DNA of 64,000 bases from Phoronis australis (taxonomy: Eukaryota > Animalia > Phoronida). The translations under genes were made by a program, and so were the position numbers. The notes beneath the pieces are model-generated. The model was not told the DNA's origin and did not search any database. It was given only the letters and a program-made list of their open reading frames with translations. Positions 62,801-64,000 of this stretch are shown here, piece after piece. The stretch spans positions 186,001-250,000 of the forward strand of contig NMRA01000433.1 in the NCBI GenBank assembly GCA_002633005.1, read 5' to 3'. Position 1 is the first letter of the stretch. Every line of letters starts with the position of its first letter.

Positions 62801-64000
62801 ACTTCTCATTTGACGAAGCAACAAATTTGAGACCAATTTCATATAATTTTGATGACACAAAGTGGGTTTGTGACCGCTAAAATCCATGGATGGATCGCCA
62901 CCTAGTGGTAACACCAATGACAATGGCAGTGAGGAGTACACATGTACAATGATCGGAGTCGCAAAGGGCTTTCAGTAGAACATAATTTCCCTAACTTAAA
63001 AGCAGCATAAATCTGTGGATAACTGCATGGAAATTAGAGGATAATTAATTTATAATTAGCTATGAAGTAACCAGCTGTCGTTAATGCGATGGTCAGCAGA
63101 ACTTGAGAGTGGTCAAGCATTTCCACACCACAGAAGCTAATTAATGAGTTTACGGTCAAGAAAATACAGAACAGATGAGATCTCAGTACTTTAAAGCACA
63201 TTTCCTTCTGTTCAACTGCGTGCACACAAGAAATCAACATTCAGTCACTTAACATGTACAGATAAGCTACCACCAATTAAAATTTGTAAACTTTCGAGAC
63301 TATGCAGGGGTGTAGATGGCCTCAAGAAACAGAAGCATGTCAATCTTAACCCTTTGACCCAATTTCAATGATTTTTATCTATCATTTCCATAACAAAAAT
63401 GATGATACTTCAGTCGTGGCAATTGCAGAACAGTAAACCATCCTCCCATCGCCAGAGGTCACTAGGTATGGTTTTCTCATCACAGCCTCAAGGAACAGCA
63501 AATATAAGACATTCAGGTTCAAATGCTTGAAAGGTTTCAGTTTGTGTTGTCATTAAAAACACGTACTCACACAGGCTAACAGAACCTAAACACAAGTTAC
63601 GCAACTGCAATGAAGTTTTGTCACGCTAAAAAGCCAGAATTGCTGGAGGCTTTGAGAGCAGATCATCCAATAGCAGAGCAGACGTTCAACAAGCATTTTA
63701 GGTGAATTTTTGTCCGACAGCTGATGAGGCAATAGATTTGTCTTCTGATCAGACCATAATTGTGTGAATGCTTTATAATGGTAACCCATGCACATTTGTT
63801 TACATATAATGGTAACCCATGCACGTTTGTTTACATATACAGTTTTTTTGTTGTCAATAAATAGTAAAATAATAAAACAGTACAGAACTGTTTTCCTCGT
63901 TGTTTCATACACTTAAAACTGCAGTCTTCCTCAGTGCCACCAGACATGACATGTGTCCGACTACCCTTACCTATTTCATTGCATAGGCAGGCGACACAGC
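5555..64000 (-). CDS. LAMC1: Laminin gamma chain (gamma-1-like), multi-exon gene, 5' part outside window; 25 coding exons, ~1228 aa visible
   Basis: Exons joined by hand with GT-AG and consistent phases give LE repeats, [11 protein letters not shown]4 domain, NIDSNAV..KCIYNT nidogen loop, [13 protein letters not shown] coiled-coil start and [15 protein letters not shown] end, collinear with the known laminin gamma-1 architecture. Confidence 0.97.
6209..6308 (-). CDS. LAMC1: Laminin gamma penultimate coding exon ([33 protein letters not shown])
   Basis: tcctccag| ... G|gtcagt. Confidence 0.92.
6780..7182. repeat. C-rich degenerate tandem repeat (~50-bp units containing CCCACCTACCTCCTAACCCC)
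   Basis: Recurrent ccacctacctcc/cttacctcc units abutting the exon boundary; one ambiguous base (n) at 7094. Confidence 0.75.
7183..7341 (-). CDS. LAMC1: Laminin gamma exon ([16 protein letters not shown]...KEDSKLARE)
   Basis: tgttgtag| ... GAG|gtaggt; phase 0-0; not in ORF track on this strand. Confidence 0.9.
8690..8890 (-). CDS. LAMC1: Laminin gamma exon ([24 protein letters not shown]...AQKAAG)
   Basis: tcttacag| ... GGT|gtaagc. Confidence 0.93.
9858..9971 (-). CDS. LAMC1: Laminin gamma exon ([38 protein letters not shown])
   Basis: tctgttag| ... AAG|gttggt; ADxLL..G..TL..A...L..LK gamma motif. Confidence 0.93.
11352..11474 (-). CDS. LAMC1: Laminin gamma exon following the 31-kb intron ([11 protein letters not shown]...EGKAQQQ)
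   Basis: attttcag| ... CAG|gtaagg; IKKE|AEDL parallels human gamma-1 IKME-AENL. Confidence 0.92.
14201..14364. mobile_element. Hairpin MITE (~53-bp inverted arms); single-arm copy at ~5335-5393
   Basis: gcaagcatttaagtcgtgtctgcccgccatctgttgaccacatcacgtgacct is a near reverse complement of aggtcacatgatgtggccaacagatggcgaacagacatgacttaaatattcgc. Confidence 0.7.
16015..16270 (+). repeat. Dispersed repeat family B, copy 1 (copy 2 at ~21863-22110)
   Basis: Shared gtgatgtat(t/c)gttccacaaataaata..cttgtgtgata..ttgcatga..aaaaagagatgaaa. Confidence 0.75.
20002..21010 (+). mobile_element. Dispersed ~1-kb non-autonomous element family A (Helentron/HINE-like), copy 1
   Basis: Collinear with 44475-45655: aatgaaagcgctc start, (GAT)n, aacattcatatgacgaac, atatcttctgaaagcccgttc, atggcaccccagcacga, gtgcgaacaaa(A)n..gcaaca.acttggc. 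Confidence 0.7.
21712..22336. mobile_element. Palindromic MITE (PIF/Harbinger-like) interrupted by family B repeat
   Basis: Left ccacattcactttacccaagaacaacttgcac vs right gtgtaacttgttctaaggtaagtctgtgtgtgg (inverted); internal aagttacccc/ggggtaag subrepeats. Confidence 0.55.
26148..26641. mobile_element. PIF/Harbinger-like MITE with TAA target duplication
   Basis: TAA|AGACCCTTTCACA ... TATGAAAGGCCCT|TAA; internal repeats ggacc(g/a)gagttaagcgttcata. Confidence 0.65.
26790..27250. mobile_element. Palindromic MITE-like element
   Basis: Inverted pairs gacacggagcaaattgac/gtcaatttgctccgtgtc and gagactttggtgaccc/gggtcaccaaaactc; termini not resolved. Confidence 0.45.
27533..27578 (+). repeat. (AAC/AAT)n microsatellite
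   Basis: Visible trinucleotide run. Confidence 0.85.
27715..28790 (-). mobile_element. 5'-truncated, decayed non-LTR retrotransposon (RTE-X/CR1-group-like ORF2 3' end)
   Basis: [19 protein letters not shown] (YKYLG-type RT C-terminal motif), [49 protein letters not shown] (C-terminal CCHC-type motif); multiple frameshifts. Confidence 0.8.
29562..30954. mobile_element. Tc1/mariner-pogo-like non-autonomous DNA transposon, TA target duplication
   Basis: TA|CCGTATTCGCCATAATAACTGCCC ... GGGCGGTTATTACGGCGAATACAG|TA (21/24 TIR identity); no transposase ORF seen. Confidence 0.85.
33005..33066 (+). repeat. (TAT)n microsatellite
   Basis: Visible run. Confidence 0.9.
35768..36898 (+). CDS. Class A (rhodopsin-like) GPCR, FMRFamide-receptor-like/peptide receptor group, single coding exon, ~376 aa, nested antisense in laminin intron
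   Basis: Seven hydrophobic segments with [69 protein letters not shown] and [13 protein letters not shown]. Acceptor ctctttctccgcag| at 35766 makes ATG 35768 the likely start rather than 35708. Confidence 0.93.
   Translation: MVMADNVSSTHEKEEEDIRGRIRTIVYVYCLATIIVIGIIFNVLNIIVLVQRSMKSNVYLYLRIMSFSDLLALIFDITYAANLYARRPKSTFGEAFFGAHLEFFLKQSCNSTSKLLTMLTAIERYIALCHPHKAPTICTRRRTVYQIVCAICVAILFNIPRIWERKIEPFVDPVTNRTMYNDKVLSEFSKGDYYTFHKYLYTSLFMFLPLITLAVLNTRIIIALRQYSRVKEGMTSQSDEQKKEQRRTTMVLIMVVIAFLILITPGAIAYILQNDESFGVFVFVCISDLMGELNFAINFLIYITFNKTFRTVFIAVFTPKKRRGQEIIAVSVLPSRAEGNKALTSNPQVKRNQVQPQNNAGSSNDHGETGPSDLHM
38004..38009 (+). promoter_or_regulatory. Candidate polyadenylation signal of nested GPCR
   Basis: AATAAA ~1.1 kb after the GPCR stop in U/GU-rich context. 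Confidence 0.4.
38804..38846 (-). ncRNA. Minimal type I hammerhead ribozyme-like motif (variant core GCAA)
   Basis: GUGGC-CUGAUGA-A-GUCCUC-gagag-GAGGAC-GCA-ACGU-A-GCCAU: stem I, core, 6-bp stem II, palindromic ACGU stem III, GUA cleavage triplet. Confidence 0.65.
39047..39089 (+). ncRNA. Second, degenerate hammerhead-like copy (CUGAUAA / GUAA)
   Basis: GUGGC-CUGAUAA-A-GUCCUC-gagag-GAAGAC-GUA-ACGU-A-GCUAU; core G-to-A change probably inactivating. Confidence 0.5.
39515..40465 (+). repeat. Two diverged copies of an old ~190-bp dispersed repeat (39515-39690, 40260-40465); third copy ~53912-54115
   Basis: Shared ttgcacaaaaataattgc..ttttcaaagg.cggtta..cacagta.aaac..tagac..aaattt..ggagaaatttgacaaa. 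Confidence 0.6.
42290..43190 (+). repeat. Two direct-orientation copies of a ~100-bp repeat (42290-42380, 43080-43185) flanking a laminin exon
   Basis: gtttccaagc(c/t)gccatt..cc(c/t)gacaaac...gtcgac...agcttgc(a/g)ataggtcaa in both. Confidence 0.65.
42473..42650 (-). CDS. LAMC1: Laminin gamma exon preceding the 31-kb intron ([12 protein letters not shown]...ESVTIKKE)
   Basis: tgttccag| ... GAG|gtgagt; phase 0 end. Confidence 0.92.
43403..43540 (-). CDS. LAMC1: Laminin gamma exon, coiled coil ([23 protein letters not shown]...)
   Basis: cttttcag| ... GA|gtatgc; phase 2-2. Confidence 0.92.
44079..44239 (-). CDS. LAMC1: Laminin gamma exon, coiled coil (AISNAEASL...[19 protein letters not shown])
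   Basis: ttaccag| ... AT|gtaagt. Confidence 0.92.
44397..44477 (+). mobile_element. LINE/SINE 3' tail with (TAAA)n, copy 1 (copy 2 at 48239-48322)
   Basis: agggccc..tggaaagcagtg..tga.g.gg..acc.tcatt.taaatat.acaataataaataaataaa shared by both copies. Confidence 0.65.
44475..45655 (+). mobile_element. Dispersed element family A (Helentron/HINE-like), copy 2, with internal 33-bp array and 3' hairpin
   Basis: Homology to 20002-21010; terminal hairpin acttggcgaaattta-tt-taaatttcaccaagt (45619-45650). More diverged relatives at ~8090-8520 and ~60900-61441. Confidence 0.7.
44643..44840 (+). repeat. Minisatellite, 6 x 33 bp (ATAGTATTGTTCAACAGCAGGTAAACCAAGGAC)
   Basis: Six units counted directly, one substitution in unit 2. 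Confidence 0.95.
46003..46148 (-). CDS. LAMC1: Laminin gamma exon, coiled coil ([19 protein letters not shown]...KMIEE)
   Basis: ctttccag| ... GAG|gtactc; heptad-type composition. Confidence 0.9.
46950..47141 (-). CDS. LAMC1: Laminin gamma exon, coiled-coil start ([27 protein letters not shown]...)
   Basis: cttcgcag| ... G|gtacaa; CPxCYxLV gamma-chain signature. Confidence 0.95.
47301..48426 (-). mobile_element. Inverted-terminus element with Thr/Ser-rich ORF remnant, Crypton-like (tentative)
   Basis: ATGAAATAATATCCCA ... TGGGATATTATTCAT termini; ORF 47679-47969 ends [17 protein letters not shown]. Confidence 0.4.
48080..48136 (+). repeat. 2.3 x 25-bp tandem of a self-complementary unit (TATTTACCATAGACATCTTATATGG)
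   Basis: Exact duplication; taccata..tatggta inverted within unit. Confidence 0.85.
49128..49271 (-). CDS. LAMC1: Laminin gamma exon, last LE repeat ([22 protein letters not shown]...[13 protein letters not shown])
   Basis: acctgcag| ... G|gtaggt. Confidence 0.94.
50076..50228 (-). CDS. LAMC1: Laminin gamma exon, LE repeat ([38 protein letters not shown])
   Basis: attttcag| ... G|gtgtgt. Confidence 0.94.
51540..51928. repeat. Degenerate ~37-bp tandem repeat (TTGACCACTGTCCACTCTTGATACTACCCACCC-like)
   Basis: About ten diverged units running up to the exon donor site. Confidence 0.75.
51929..52072 (-). CDS. LAMC1: Laminin gamma exon, LE repeat (ACSCNPQGT...[27 protein letters not shown])
   Basis: ctttccag| ... 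G|gttagt. Confidence 0.94.
52791..52903 (-). CDS. LAMC1: Laminin gamma exon, LE repeat ([29 protein letters not shown])
   Basis: catttcag| ... G|gtaggt. Confidence 0.95.
53425..53554 (-). CDS. LAMC1: Laminin gamma exon, LE repeats incl. nidogen loop NIDSNAV
   Basis: ttgtgtag| ... AC|gtaagt. Confidence 0.95.
54157..54342 (-). CDS. LAMC1: Laminin gamma exon, LE repeats ([23 protein letters not shown]...CPCPDRGSC)
   Basis: ttctccag| ... G|gtaggt. Confidence 0.95.
54743..54970 (-). CDS. LAMC1: Laminin gamma exon, end of L4 and LE repeat ([11 protein letters not shown]...[17 protein letters not shown]...[11 protein letters not shown])
   Basis: aatttcag| ... G|gtgggt; phase 1-1. Confidence 0.95.
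55287..55466. mobile_element. ~180-bp hairpin MITE with a perfect 30-bp inverted repeat
   Basis: tgatctctgagctcggagagaactgacagt (55306-55335) / exact reverse complement (55415-55444); outer tgttccttagtcaa / ttgagtaaggaaca. Confidence 0.75.
56025..56151 (-). CDS. LAMC1: Laminin gamma exon, L4 domain (QYKFRLNEH...[14 protein letters not shown])
   Basis: gttttcag| ... A|gtaagt; [14 protein letters not shown] motif. Confidence 0.95.
56825..57000 (-). CDS. LAMC1: Laminin gamma exon, L4 domain ([21 protein letters not shown]...DVVIEGSG)
   Basis: cacttcag| ... CAG|gtatag; LGDQxxSY motif. Confidence 0.95.
57125..57180 (+). repeat. Tandem repeat 4 x 14 bp (TCATGTCACCGACA)
   Basis: Four exact units. 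Confidence 0.95.
57473..57595 (-). CDS. LAMC1: Laminin gamma exon, L4 domain ([12 protein letters not shown]...LYFSAP)
   Basis: caacag| ... G|gtagga; W and YFxAP motifs of laminin domain IV. Confidence 0.92.
58229..58365 (-). CDS. LAMC1: Laminin gamma exon, LE end / start of L4 ([28 protein letters not shown]...)
   Basis: ctttccag| ... G|gtaagt; gamma-chain [10 protein letters not shown] signature. Confidence 0.95.
58734..58808 (+). repeat. Tandem repeat 3 x 25 bp (TCATGGAAACTTTGGCAGCGAGTAG)
   Basis: Three units, one substitution. Confidence 0.95.
58974..59448 (+). repeat. Minisatellite, ~14 units of 33 bp and 32 bp (GGTGATATCCTACCCATCACGCTCAGATACCGA-like)
   Basis: ggtgatat recurs every 33 bp (58978-59209) then every 32 bp (59258-59386). 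Confidence 0.92.
59536..59643 (-). CDS. LAMC1: Laminin gamma exon, LE repeat ([35 protein letters not shown])
   Basis: tttttcag| ... AG|gtagga; phase 2-2. Confidence 0.93.
60496..60613 (-). CDS. LAMC1: Laminin gamma exon, LE repeat ([39 protein letters not shown])
   Basis: ttttctag| ... AG|gtaggt; LE cysteine pattern; not in ORF track. Confidence 0.93.
63971..64000 (-). CDS. LAMC1: Laminin gamma exon (truncated by window edge), [10 protein letters not shown]
   Basis: Ends G|gtaagg; phase 1 matches the next exon. Confidence 0.85.
   Translation of the reverse strand, partial: AVSPAYAMK

Noticed and set aside
1-64000. Remaining short ORFs in the six-frame track
   Set aside because: Lengths of 60-135 aa are expected by chance or are antisense or alternate frames of laminin exons; no motifs recognised.

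Overview
Eukaryotic (animal, invertebrate-like) genomic DNA, AT-rich and repeat-rich; no prokaryotic features. The minus strand carries the 3' ~three quarters of a laminin gamma-chain gene (LAMC1/LanB2/lam-2 type). I assembled 25 coding exons by hand from 64000 (truncated) to the stop at 5555. All junctions are GT-AG and phase-consistent, giving ~1228 aa: LEa3-4, L4, the LEb repeats with the nidogen-binding loop, and the coiled coil ending [11 protein letters not shown]. One intron (11475..42472, ~31 kb) is about ten times larger than any other. It hosts an antisense, single-coding-exon class A GPCR of the FMRFamide-receptor-like group (35768..36898, +) that lacks the canonical TM3-ECL2 disulfide. 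The introns hold many transposon relics: pogo-like and Harbinger-like MITEs, Helentron/HINE-like and Crypton-like elements, a 5'-truncated LINE, and a Penelope-like insertion whose inverted arms each fold as a minimal hammerhead ribozyme with a variant core. A Kolobok-like end lies downstream of the gene at the window start. Four intronic tandem repeats appear to be built from copies of the adjacent splice junction. All family assignments come from motif recognition only; no searches were run.
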